The translations under genes and the position numbers were made by a program. A DNA stretch of 64,000 nucleotides. Origin: the human T2T-CHM13v2.0 reference genome, Homo sapiens. Of this stretch, positions 50,227 to 62,726 are shown in pieces. Positions within the stretch are counted from its first letter, which is position 1, and every line of letters starts with the position of its first letter. The stretch lies in NCBI RefSeq assembly GCF_009914755.1, contig NC_060930.1; one strand, 5' to 3'. The notes under the pieces are model-generated. The model worked only from the letters and a program-made list of their open reading frames with translations. It searched no databases and was not told the DNA's origin.

Positions 50227-51878
50227 TGTCACAGGATCCGTAGGGTGTCACTTTTCCAGCTGGAAACCTCTGTGGCTGATGGCACATTTACCCGAGTTTT
50301 GCTCGGGCCTGCTGGGCTTGTTCTGCCCACTTGGCTTGGCATTGTGGTCAGGAGCACTACCAGCCCAAATCCCATGCCTGCCAAGGGCGAGCCAGGCACA
50401 GAGCAGTGAGGGCTGTGTGAGTGACCACGGGGCCCGACCCCAGTGCTCAGCCAGGTGTGTGAGCTGCCGCAGGGCAGACAGTTCCAGGCACCAGCACAGG
50501 AGCCGGCTCCATGTGAGGCTGTGGCTGGGCCAGGCATACCACAAGTGGCTTCCAGTGCAGGCACCAAGGACCACGGTGGCACTGGGAAGCCTGGAGATGA
50601 CAGTAACCATAGAGTCCCAAAGAGGGTGTCACAGCCCTGGCTCGAGGATCCCCTAGGTCTGGGATCCCTGAAGGGTCGCAGCTCTTTTCTCCTTCTTATC
50701 ACCCATAACAACTGAGTAGAAGAAGGACATATTTCACCCCTGTTTGTGTTACAGCTCTTTCAGTCCTGCCATTTCACAGGTCCCAAGTTCTTGTCCCATA
50801 TCCAAGAACAATGAGGTATGCAGACAACTGGAGGGTGAGTGAGGTGGAGAGGAACTTCATCGAGTGACAGAACAGCTCTCAGGAGACCCAAAGTGGGTAG
50901 CTCCTTTCCTCAGGCAGGTCATCCTGACAAGTGTTCAGCCCTCAGCAGAGAGGAAACTCACAGTAACTAACTTCCTACCACAGGCAGGTCATTCTGACGT
51001 CTGTCCAGTTCTCAGTGGAGAAGAGACCCGCAATGGGTAGCTCCGTTCTGCAGGCAGGTCATTCCAAGGAGTGGCCAGCTCTCAGTGGAAAGGAGACCCA
51101 CAGTGGGTAACTCCTTTCTCCAGGCAGGTCATCCCTATATCTGTGTTAGTCTGGCTAGGTCTGGGGTTTTTATGGGCTCAGAGGGGAGGAACTCCATGCT
51201 CGTTGGTCCATGGGTGGCCATGAGCGGGACCAGAAAAAGCATCATAAGTTCTCACTCCTGCTGTGGACTCCACTGGAAACTGATGGCCCAAGCCCCAGGC
51301 TTCAGGCCATCCCTGGCTTGAAGGTGAGGCTTCATCAGGCACCTGCCCCTTCCTGCCCAGGAGTCTGTCTGCCTCATGCCCATCAACAGGTAGTCCATGG
51401 TGCCCAGGCTATTCATTTTGAGGGACTCCTGCAGGCCCATGCTGAGCTGCCATCAGCCCCCACTCAGCCTCCCTGCTGTGCTCAGTGCCCAAAGTCTAGA
51501 GGGGGGAGAAGTGGCAGGGGGCTGGCTTGTCAGTGCTCACATACCCAGCCAGGTAATGACAGGCATGGGTTTAGCATCAACTTTGCTCCAAAATCAGAGC
51601 AGGGAGAGGCCAAGCAGCAGGAGCAAGCACTTCTGAGGCTGAAAGGGTGGGGGGCCCTCCTGGGCCCCCAAGAGTGTGGGTTGCCCTGGTCCATAGCCAT
51701 GGCTGAGTGGGTACAGCTGTGCCTGGGAGTGTGAGGCTCCTGCCCTGCCAACTTGAAATGGGGTGGGGTTCCTGCCTGTTCCCAGATCCCCTGGACTCCC
51801 TAGAGCCCTGGCCACCCCTTCCCTGCTGCAACCAGTGTCTTTGCAGCAGCTGCTCCAGGTGGGCCACTGCTGCCATCA
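50227..51878 (-). mobile_element. MER52A-type ERV1 solo LTR, 1.65 kb
   Basis: tgtcacaggatcc...gctgccatca (minus strand TGATGGCAGC); perfect 4-bp TSD atat; GC-rich. Confidence 0.9.
50872..51135. repeat. Four-unit 70-bp tandem repeat inside MER52A
   Basis: caggcaggtcat at 50911, 50981, 51051, 51121. Confidence 0.92.
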
Positions 51879-52599
51879 ATATCACAGTTATTCTTCATAT
51901 TATCTCTCAGCTTTGTTCAAGGGGGGGATATATCATCACTTTTGCATTCTTTTGGACAACAGACCTTTTTTGTGAGAGGCTATCTCTGTGTTATTTAGTC
52001 TACAGTAATAGTATGGCCTAATCCAAAATGTGCGTTGCTGCTCTAAGTCCTGGTTCCTTCCAATATTTTCTGTAAGGAGTGAGAAGATAAATTTATGTAT
52101 TACTGTTGGTTGGCTGAGAAGCAACATTTGCATCTAACACAACAGTGACAATAACAATAACAACCATCCATATACAAGCAGACACAAATATGCACACACA
52201 TTCACTTAGACACACAGACCCTCTGAGAACATTGACAAAACAAAACAAAACAAAACCCTAAACTAATGAAATCTAAATCTGTCATATAGAAGAGAAATTT
52301 GGTCTAATTTAATCAAAATCTCAAAATCAGCACTGTTGCCCTGGCCAGGGAGGAGAGAGCATTACATCATCATGCACAGCAGAGCTATTCATGGATGACC
52401 TCTTATGTTTCACATTCATTTCTTGGTCTTATTGTGGACCCATTGGAAAACCACACATACCTGGAAGATTACTCCATAACTTGGAGCAATAGAAAAATTA
52501 AAAGTTAAGCTTACCTTTATTTTTAGGCCATACAATTTACATATATTAATTATGCAATGCTGTGCTGTAAAAGCAAGGAAAAATGTTCTTTCCATCACA

Positions 52600-52880
52600 G
52601 AGGAGAGAATAATGAACTCTTTTGAAACATGTCTAAGAGACATGCTTCAAAAATTCCATCTAGGCCTTGAAAAAAGGTTAGAAATTGAATGGCCTATATA
52701 GTGAGTGAGAAGAATATATCATAGGGAAAATGATGAATCAACACCAAGAGATATGATACAGATGGCACCTTTCAGAAGTACCAAGGAATCTGGAGTAGAC
52801 AGAATGAAAGTTTAGAGGCAGGGAGCAGTAACAGCATCAATGAGAGATGACGTTGCAAACACAGATTGTGACCTCCTACA
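52600..52880 (-). mobile_element. L2 fragment
   Basis: taggccttgaa..., ttcagaagtaccaagg...ctggagta..., gagagatga; heavily diverged. Confidence 0.45.
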
Positions 52881-53506
52881 AAAATATGTTTTCTCTTGTA
52901 ATTCTTATAATTGGTATTGTTGAAAAATAAACATTAGCCATAGCTTTAAAATAATTGAGTCAGAGAGTTTGGTATATTTTTGCAAATGACTCAATGTGAA
53001 CATATAACTACATTTTTCTTGCTTTTTAAAAATGACTGATCATTAACAATAGGCTCACATTTTTTACTTATTATCCCTTCATTTGTTCACTTTCTTTAAA
53101 TTCTCATTTCAAAGAAATGGGGAAACAATTTACTGAGCTGAAGTTAAATTCCATAACAGATGACCTCAAAGGAATTAGTCTTATTACACAAAATTGCTTT
53201 GGGTAAAATGGTGCAAAGGTCTCATTCATTTCAATGAGCTGTTGCTTATTAAAAATAAAATGCATTTACAATATCAACAAGCTCCTTTTTAACAAGGGAT
53301 GCTGTTATCTTTAAAATTTCAAGAAATTATAACACTTATTTGCAAGTTACATTCACTATTCTTAAACAATCCTAGGTTCTATTTTACTTTAAATTCAAAC
53401 GTTATTGTGAATATTATTTATGAAATTCTATTGTACATATAATGAAGAGGCTTGATAAATTAACTAAACATTACACCACAGATTTTCAGAAACATATTGT
53501 CCTAAG

Positions 53507-53781
53507 CAGTGTCAAACCAAGGGTGGAGGGGCAGGACCAAGAGAACAGTTTTACTCTGCTTGTGGGAAATAAGGGAGTGTGTTTTAGGAACAAAATTTAA
53601 AACAGCAATAAAACTGACTAAAATTGGTCTGCATTATACTAACCTCATACACTGACAATTCTAAATATTGTCAGAGATTAAACATTACTCCCTGAAAATC
53701 TTTTGTTGCTCTGTTAATACAGTTGCTATGATTACTGCATACACACACAAACACACACACACATAATATTAAGTATTTATA

Positions 53782-53818
<37 letters not shown>

Positions 53819-53830
53819 GTAAAGTTCAAG
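53507..53830 (+). mobile_element. MER97-like hAT (Tip100) DNA transposon fragment
   Basis: cagtgtcaaaccaagggtgg...aataaaactgactaaaattggtctgc...caattctaaa...aaaatcttttgttg. Confidence 0.65.
53740..53817. repeat. (CA)n and (TA)n microsatellites
   Basis: acacacac... followed by tatatata... Confidence 0.92.
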
Positions 53831-55490
53831 AAGAAGAGAAGAGGAGAAATGGAAGGTAGAGAATACTCAAAGAAATAATGATGGAGAATTTCCAAACATT
53901 AAAGAAACCTATTAATCTTCAAATTGTAAAGACCCATAACATACTAAATAGAAAAGATTGTGCAAGGGTTGACACATATAGACAGCATAGTGAAATGTAA
54001 GAACATCAAAGACAAAGAGAAATTTCTAAATTTCTAGAGAGATCAAAACAGAATACCTTCAATGGGAAATGTGATTTAAAAATCAGAATTCTCAATTGCA
54101 ACAATAACTGCAAGAAAGCATAGACTTACCAATTTTATATTGCATGGAGTAAATTATAAATTTTGTATCCAGAAAGAATAGCATTTAAGTGTAAAATAAA
54201 AATATTTTTAGTTATGATACCACACATGGAAAATTTTATGAAAAGATCTGAATGTTTGACTATTAAATAGAGCATTAAACAGTGAGATTTCTCATATAAT
54301 TATGCAATAAATAATACATAAACATATCCATAATGATATTTTACTAACATTTATTATTTATTATGTGCAAAGGATGGGTGGAACACTATCATATATGTTG
54401 TATATTTAAACCTCACCACAACCCTATGAGATCAGCATTATTATCATCCCCAATCCACAGACACCCAATTTGGCAATGAAATCCTAGATTACATCAATAT
54501 AGATTAGAATGAAAGAGGATGAAGAAAAATAAACTGTTATTTGAAATTTTGTGAAGGTACACACTGGTCTGGTCATAAAATAAGCTATTGTTCAGTTTTA
54601 GAAAACAATAAGAATATTAAGGATAAGTAGAGATCACAATTTTTTTTTAAAGTACAGAATACCTTTTAAATCAACATGAAAAAAATTTGATCTGCCACTG
54701 GAAATTAGGAAAGGATAAATTCAAGAAAAAAATGAAAGACCTAATAGTTTTAAGTTAGGAGAACTATGTCTTAATATCAAGCTGATTGCAGTTAAATGGG
54801 TTAGCCTTGCTAGTCAAAAGACAGATATGTGCAAATTGGCAGCCCCTCCCTGAAAAAACTCAGTAATACATTTTCTGTATGGCATACTTAAAAATAATGA
54901 GGCAGGAATATGGAAAATAAAATAATGGGAAAAGTTATACCATGTATGTATTAACTGGCAAGTACTAGAATAGCAAAATAACATGAGGTAAAATCAATTT
55001 AAAGTAAAAACTATCAATACAAATTATATTTGCACACTGCAAATGTAACAGTAGATTGATTCTTATAACAATGACATTATAAGAAAAACTTAATACAGCC
55101 TTGAAATAGGCAAGAACAAGAAGTAAAAAAAGAAGAAATAGATAAATCAACAATTGAAGCTATAAATTTTAATATGTCATTAAAAATTGATAGATTAAAT
55201 TTACAGAAAACAAAATGAGATGTGAATAAAGTAATTAACAATCTTGATATATGCAACTTTATACATCATAGAATCCACATTATTTTAAGCATATGTATAA
55301 TATTTACCCCCTAAAATACATCATATTCTAGCTTCCAAGAGAATCTTCAATAAGTTCCAAAGAATCAATTTCATGCTTTCTAACCACATATGGGAACTCA
55401 GAAATTAATAATCAAACTACTACTAAAAACCCTATCGAAAAACTACAAAACATAACACTGAATACATGAGAAATAGGTAAAAGAGGGCTT
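53830..55490 (+). mobile_element. Ancient L1M ORF1/ORF2-start remnant
   Basis: aagaaataatgatggagaatttccaaa, aaagacaaagagaaatttctaaa, agtcaaaagacaga, aaaattgatagattaa. Confidence 0.6.
54340..54475 (-). mobile_element. MIR fragment
   Basis: cctcaccacaaccctatgag...attattatcatcccca. Confidence 0.7.
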
Positions 55491-56451
55491 AACTCATGGA
55501 AGAGAGCAATGAGAGTCAGACTCCATTTTTGGACGATGACAAATTATAAGCAGAATACCAGTCCCTCGTAAATGGGCTTGTTTAGGGCAAAATCTCTGTC
55601 CTGGGTGAAGGAAATACAAGAAATGATCAAAAATCATGTTAGAGAATCTAGGCATAGGATAAACCTTGCACACTGGTTCCCACATAAGAAAGTGGGTTCT
55701 GTGGATCACAGCCACATGGTAATCTCGGTAGTCTAGACCCTTCTGTTCTCGAGAGGCTCTGAATCCTGGGTCTCATTAGCTGCAAAATCACTTGTGAAGA
55801 CTTGCTAGAGAACAGGAGTCAACAGGTATCAAATTTCAAAGAGTGAAAATGTGTCCTTCTCTGAATTGATCTGGGAATCAGAGTATTCCTCATAGTGCAA
55901 AACCCTCAGTAGACTCACATGTGACAAGTGAGGAAAAGCAAAGGCCAAGGCTACATCAATGATGCAATGTCTATCCTGCAGTCACAAAAGGTAGATTTAC
56001 ACAAGGAAGAAGAAAGAATCAGTGCTTACTGAGGCATATTCACTCTTCTTTATAAGCAATAGCAAAGAGAAAAAAAGGAGAACACTAAATTCAACGAACT
56101 TTTTAATCTATTATTAATTTGCCCTACAATTTTGCTGTGCTTTCAACTTTCATGGCAATCAATGAAATAACTCCCTCTTGATTTAGTGCAAGCCAGAGGT
56201 GCAGCAGTCCTGCAGCATATGTGCGGAGAGGCTCTTGTTCTTAGATCTTCACTGGTGTCAGGCAAAAGTACTTTTTTTCACTTTTCAATTGGTGGCTCCA
56301 GCATCATTAAAGGATAAAGGAAATAAGAATTTTCAGTAAGAGTATCTACATCGTAAGGCACCACGCAAAGTAAAGTGTAGTATTCACTGAATATTTATTA
56401 AAGAAATAAGACCTTTTTTCCTACAGAGGTAATGAGTAAAGAAGTAATAAC

Positions 56452-57000
56452 TGTGCCAATTATTACAGCCACATAACAACTTAACCCAAATATTAGCAAT
56501 TTAAGACAACAATTTTATTTTGCTCACAATTTTCTGGGTCAGGGATTTTGAAACAGTTCAGCTAAATAGTTCTCACTTGAATTCTTTCATGGAGTTTCAG
56601 TCTGATGTTGATTATTATCAAATTATCTAAAGGGTGATTTGGTTATGCATCCAATTGGGCCTATTCTCAGGGCTGGCAGTTGATGCTGGTTATTGGCTAG
56701 GTGTGTTGGCAGATGTTTCTACATGTGACTTCTTCAGGGTGGTAGTACCAGAACAGTAAGAATTGTTACATGGTGGGGGCTTCACCAAAAATAGGTGTCC
56801 CAGAGAACCAGGAGAATGCTGCATCACTCTTTATAACTTACTTTCAGAAGTCACATAGTGTCACTTCCATCATCATTTATGGGTCAAAGCAGTCACAAGT
56901 CCATCAGATTCAAGGAGGAAAACAAACAAAAAAACCCACTTCTTAATGGTAGGAGATGTGTAGATATTTGATTTTTAGACAAGTTTTAAAACTTTCAACA
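56452..57000 (-). mobile_element. Old MLT1 (G/H/J-type) MaLR solo LTR
   Basis: cataacaac...ccaaatattagcaatttaagacaacaa...gctcacaattttctgggtcagg...cagaagtcacatagtgtcacttcc...cagattcaagg. Confidence 0.75.
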
Positions 57001-59158
57001 TGACTAATACCTTATTTGGCAATAACGATTATTCTAAATGAAATGTCTACAGACTTAATTCTTAAAATTAAATATAGAGGTGTTAAGCGAGTGAATATTC
57101 CACTATTAATATGAAAATGTCTAATAGCCAAAGACCACATTTGCTTTTAATTATACTTTTTGCCACACTATAAAGTAGGTATGAAATCAAGAGAAATTTT
57201 TATTTGATTCAGAGAACACCAGAAAAAATGTGTATACTAAAGTTTCATGTTTTCCTACCTAAAATATGAAGTTTAAACATTTATAGAAAATTAATCATGT
57301 AATTACCTGCTATGTAGACTCAGCTTTAAATGATTGTTAATTTTTGCTTAAATGGTCAACGTACCCCAATAGGAAAATAAATCTAATTAGTCAGTGTGTA
57401 AAAATCAATTATCCATATGAAAATATCTTCAATTATAGTAGTCATTACGGAAAGTTTTTATATCCAAAGGCAATGAAAAACAATGGAAGAAATACTACAT
57501 ATTAAATAAAAATTCAATATGTGTTACTTTTTAAATGTGACATTTAGAATGTTATTAGTTAAATAATAGAGGCTGACATAAAATATCTGCTATCCCAAAG
57601 GAAATGCCGAGGGATACCTCCCTACTACCAGATGCATTGCAAAAGAGGACAGCATGCTCTTTAGTGCTGTTATTTCCTCTATTCTGAAAAAATAAAAAAA
57701 GAAAAACACCTTGGAATTGATTCTAGGTGACAATTTCTATTAGTCATTGTTTACAAACTATAAAAGAAAAAAATTACTTACAGATTCATGTAATTTCATT
57801 GTATTTGCCATACAAGTTCATCTATTTATTAAATGCTCTATGAACACACAGAGCTTTCTTTTCATTCATAATTGATCAAATTCGTTATTTAGAGACAGAT
57901 TATTTCTGAAGTTATTACTGGCATTTCGTAAAGCTCTATATGAGCTTTCACATTTCTTTTAAAAAAAATCTATACTTCTTTATGCCAGGTCAGTCTTTAG
58001 AGGAAAACAGTAAGGGTTCAAGAGTCATTATTTCTCTCTTGTTTGTCTAAAGACTCCAGGTCTTTTTTGAAAATAAATGGAGTCATAAACCATATCTTTG
58101 TCCTCACTTTTTAGCATTTCTCCCTCAATATCTAATATGCCTAGCAGTGAAGATGCTACTTCTGTAAACAGAATGTGGAATTCATTTGTGAGTAGTGTTT
58201 TTGTTCTGTGTAGTACTAGTGATAGAAACATTTGGTTTGAAGCCAAAAGATGCTATTTTAGGCTTAGTATAATTTTCCAGCTGTTGTTGAGGAAAGCATG
58301 TTATACGTCCCCACCCTTTACACTGACATACTCATCTATACATTTATATTTTGCTGCCTTTTCAAATCAGTGATGCAGCTGCCACAATATGCCTCCTCCT
58401 TCCAGCAGGTGGTAGATTATTCTCTGTATAAAATGACATCATTCCCTATCTTGCAGAAAACATGCCCTCTGAGCTGAGGAAAGGGCAGAACCATTATGAA
58501 AAACAAAATTTAGATGAATTTATCACATTGTATTTAGTGAAACCATATCATATATTTTAGAGAATTAACAACTAAAGGCAATACAATCAAATTATTAATG
58601 GCATTTGAAGAAGAAACAGTAAAATATAAACAAAGATTTCAATAATTTAAATAGGAGTAACGCTTTGCCTTCTTTACAATCAACACTAAGGGAAACATAA
58701 TTAGTTTGTGTGGTCCTACTGCTACTCTACTTCTTCCCCGACAGAAAGACAAACACTTGTGTTATACTTAAGATAATTTCTGAGCTTATGAGGCTATATT
58801 TAGCTGATGATTTGGTTATATGCTTTACTAAGCAATACCATAACAAACATTTTCATTACAGCTACAATGGCTCAGAACATTTTTGCTCCCAAACAGAAAC
58901 CTATTGAATAGTCAATAAAAAGGGCTTTTGGCCGACATTCAATTTTAAAATGAAAAAGACATATTTCATATTTGTTTTCTAATGAAGATAGAGTAGGAAA
59001 TGATGTAAAAAAAATCACAGAACCAATTGGGCTATCCAGTAGTTTACTTTAGAGATGAGAGTCTACACAAGAGCAGGTGATACCATAATATTTACCATTC
59101 TTCAATAGATATTTTAAATTATCTGACATAGAATATTCAGCATATTTTTCATTATCTT

Positions 59159-59718
59159 TGAAGGAAATAAAAATATTTTACACCAAAATATATTTTTTTG
59201 AAATATTTTAAAATGGCTCCCTCTTGGTCATCCTGACAGAAGTAGCTTTGCAAAGGTGTCTTAAGTGGGAAAATCGTGCATCTATAAAGAATCTCCATTA
59301 ATCCATCCATACCCCCTCCCCTTTCTATCCCTTTCCTCAGACCCAGGAGAGATTGAGAGTATCACACTTTTTAAAGTCTGAAAAGAAACATTTACCATCT
59401 AGTCTCTCTGAGGGAGGTTTCATCCGAGTAACAAAGCCACCTTTGCTAGCCAAGCTTCTCTCTTTCTCTCTCAACCTGTCTTGCCACTAAACCTGATTTA
59501 CCTTTTTCTGGCCATACTCTGAGTCTGCATTTTTTACTTTGGCCTCAGGATGATACATAAGTTCCTGTAATTCATTGGGAAGTTGGGTTTTCATTCTGAC
59601 GGCTCCTGTGTGTGCTTGTTAAATAAATTTGTATGCCTTTTTTTCCTATTAATCAATCTGCCTCGTGTCAGTGATTTTCAGAAAACCTTTAAGGGGCCAA
59701 GAGCCCATGGCCCCCACA
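59159..59718 (+). mobile_element. MER39/MER34-family ERV1 solo LTR
   Basis: tgaaggaaataaaaatattttacaccaaaatata...ggcccccaca; near-TSD tctt/tatt. Confidence 0.8.
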
Positions 59719-60002
59719 TATTGTATATATTTTATGCACAAATATACATAAACAAAACCATGTTGATGTACACGAAACAGTATTTTCCTTTCTACATATG
59801 TTCATTACTTAGTTATTGTAAACCAGAAAGTATCTAAGATAGGTCTCTATCAATTTAGAAGTTTATCTTGCCAAGGTTTAGGATATGCCTGGAAGAAAAG
59901 AACACAGAATCACAGAAACAGTCTGTGGTCTGTGCTTTTCTCCAAAGAAGAACTTCAGGGTTTTAATATTTAAAGATGAAAAGTGGACTGGAGGGAAAGA
60001 GG

Positions 60003-60793
60003 TGAAACTATCTTTGCAAAAATTTTAAGAGAAAATTATGACAGGAAAAGAGACCTGACCTACCTGACTTCCTGTTGATTCTAACTTCCAAGCTGTCCTT
60101 GTTCATTCCTGGGCGTAGGCCAAACTAACTGTGGGAGGAACTTATTTTGCCATTGAAAGTGTTGGCAAAAACTGCAATTACCTTTGCACCAACCTAACAG
60201 TTTATAGTTTAACTTTGAAACAAAGACAATAACAACCCTTTCCCAAAATGAACCCCCTTCCTGCCTGGGGACTAGACTGCCTTTTTCAGGAGTAACAAAT
60301 TAGCCACAAGATGAGAAATTATGGTTTAGAAGTCATGCAACTGGAGGCTACAAGATTCTGAACGTCCCCAAATTGTTCCTGGGGATAAACTCATTATTGT
60401 AAAACTTGAGATCAGAGCTTGAGATGTTTTGTAGACACTGTACTTGATGAATCAGCTGGCACCACCCAGATGGATAAACTGGGTCAGCTGGTGTTGTACC
60501 CCCTTCTCCACCCCGGGAACTGACTCAGTGCAAGACATCTTTGACATCCTGGAAGTTCATCTTGGACCCAACCTATCAGCACTCACCACTTTCCAACCCC
60601 CTCCCCACCAAATTATCCTTAAAAATCTGCATCCCTGAGTTTTCGGGGCAACTGATTTGAGTAATAATAAAATTCTAGTCTCCTGTACAGCCAGCTCTGC
60701 ATGAATTAAACTCTTTCTCTATTGCAATCCCCCTGTCTTGATAAATCTGCTCTGTCTAGGGAGCCGGCAAGAAAAACCAGTTGGGAGTTTACA
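60003..60793 (+). mobile_element. LTR8A-type solo LTR
   Basis: tgaaactatctttgcaaaa...aagctgtccttgttcattcctgggcgtaggc...tttaca; TSD gagg. Confidence 0.9.
60145..60197. mobile_element. MADE1 fragment with one TIR truncated, inside LTR8A
   Basis: ttttgccattgaaagtgttggcaaaaactgcaattacctttgcaccaacctaa, flanked by TA / CA. Confidence 0.88.
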
Positions 60794-61869
60794 GAGGGAG
60801 GATATGGTAATCCACACATTTCAAGGGAAAAGGAGTAGGTAGGGGAATAGTCAGTTATGTATTCATCTCACGCATTTTAGATAAGATTAGGTGAACATAG
60901 AGTAGCTACCTTTGGAGATGTTTAACATTTTATTTGTACCTATCTGCCTAGGAACAAAAGAAAAGGCAGTTTCTTGCATGACTCAGCTTCCAGCTTAATT
61001 ATTTTCTTTTGGCATAAGGAATCGGGGCCCTGAGTTTTTATTTTTCACTCCCATTTCCTTTAAATGTCATAAAAGAATACAGTAAGGAATCAATAGTTCT
61101 AATCTCTACTTTGTTAATGTTTATCAGTTCACCTTTTTTGTAATGGAAAAATATGTTGTATCATTTATGTGGGTTATAGAAGAAGCTGGACTTTAAACAC
61201 ATAGAGTAATTATAGCTTGTATATATTACTTCATAGACAATAAAGTATATCTGGGTTATGAAGAAACTTAAAGTTTTGAGGTGAAAGAGATAAGTTCAAT
61301 TCATGCTACCGTTAGGAGAAATTAAATGCCTGTGTCAATAAACAGCTTGGGAAAGGATTGGCAAGCCCTCTAAAGCAAAGACACAAATTCTTCATTGTGA
61401 CGGACTACCGATTACCAGAGTGGATAGTGTGGTTTGTGCTAGAAAGCTATTGACTTATTTATTATATCCTTCCTGGAAGACAATACAAGGTGTCATGAGG
61501 AAAGTGTTTCCAATATTGAATACTTTTCTGTCCTAACAAGATGAGCCCAAGAAGGTGGAGATAATAGATGGCAGTTATGTACTGCAGGGAGAAACCTTTT
61601 TTAATGACTTAGCACAAAGTAGTCCCCAGTGAGTCTCTTAGATGAACACAGAATGAAGAAGCTATGTACCACATTTTTAGAAAATAAAAAAGTAACACCT
61701 CTCTCTGCTAAGCCAATAATTAGCATGTGAAGTCAATGTTTATATTGCTTTCAAACTTCCAGAAATGCTGTGGAAAGATTAAGCTCAGAATTAGATAACA
61801 TTAGGTAGCAAATTGATAACAGATACTGTATGTTTTTAGAAGTGATGTTTACGTTGTGTGCAGAAATGT

Positions 61870-62690
61870 TTAAAAATGTTTTTACATTAAAATTTTTATT
61901 CTAGTAGCTAATTTAACATAGTCATACAAAAATAAGAATTATAAGAACCTTCCATGATTCTACCAACCAGATATAACCCTTATTATCACAGTAGCATGTA
62001 TCCTTCCAGTCTTTTTTCTGAACATATGTCGCTGGAATCTCAAATTATTGGGATCCATAACATTTTATATTTTTCCCCAATAATGCAATAAGTAGATAAT
62101 TTAAACAAACCCAACTCTCATCCCTACTTACATACAACTCACATACTTCTTTCTTGCTGAATAGCACTTCCATCATTAGCATTTTGGACTGATTTTATAC
62201 TTTTCAGGTGCCTTTCGTTACTAGACTGTTATAACTGAGAAATTATTATTTGAATTCAATATTGATCCAAAGCTTTGGTATTTGTCTTTCAACAGAGGCA
62301 GATCAATGACTCCAGTCCCTTAGTGTAGAGAAAGGTCAGTCTGGTACTGAAAATCTTCTTCATTTTTCCTTTTCTATTTGTTCCTCAGGGTTTGTCACCA
62401 TTGAGTGATAAAGGTGTCAGGTCCCAATTGTCAGTTCATTGTTGGCTATGTGGATTTAGAATACATGGTACTTAGCAATTTTTGAACTTAGCTGTGTGCT
62501 TCAGGCACAATTCTGAAACAATAGGAAAAGTTTTGCAAAGCTATACATACACAAACATAGCCTTAATTTTTTATAAAAATGGGACTTACTATACAAATTC
62601 TTTGTAACTATTTTTAACATGTATTATATCATAACATTGTTCTATATTGAGCATCATTAATAAAACTTTCATCTTTTCTACATTACAATG
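61870..62690 (-). mobile_element. Ancient L1ME 3' fragments (about 61870-62030 and 62540-62690)
   Basis: accagatataaccct...tatccttccagtctttttt; aaaaatgggacttactataca. Confidence 0.45.
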
Positions 62691-62726
62691 ATAACACATA
62701 CTTCTCTTAACAATTGAAATGACATA

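Larger units (their letters stand above)
59817..61053 (-). mobile_element. MER4(A/B)-type solo LTR split by LTR8A (pieces 59817-60002 and 60794-61053)
   Basis: tgtaaaccagaaagtatct...atcaatttagaagttta; ttgcatgactcagcttcc...tttggcata...gagtttttatttt. Confidence 0.82.

Noticed and set aside
50872-51135. Repeat-spacer pattern resembling a CRISPR array
   Set aside because: The 'spacers' are homologous to each other, the array is inside a primate LTR, and there are no cas genes
49985-52021. Cluster of long overlapping ORFs (up to 223 aa) and a GC-rich island
   Set aside because: Lies within the GC-rich MER52A LTR; CpG-depleted, so not a CpG-island promoter, and no domain similarity
58028-58246. 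Minus-strand 72-aa ORF with an internal acceptor (ctgtttacag at 58162)
   Set aside because: Only weak donors follow and the peptide is not recognised; not distinguishable from a pseudo-exon
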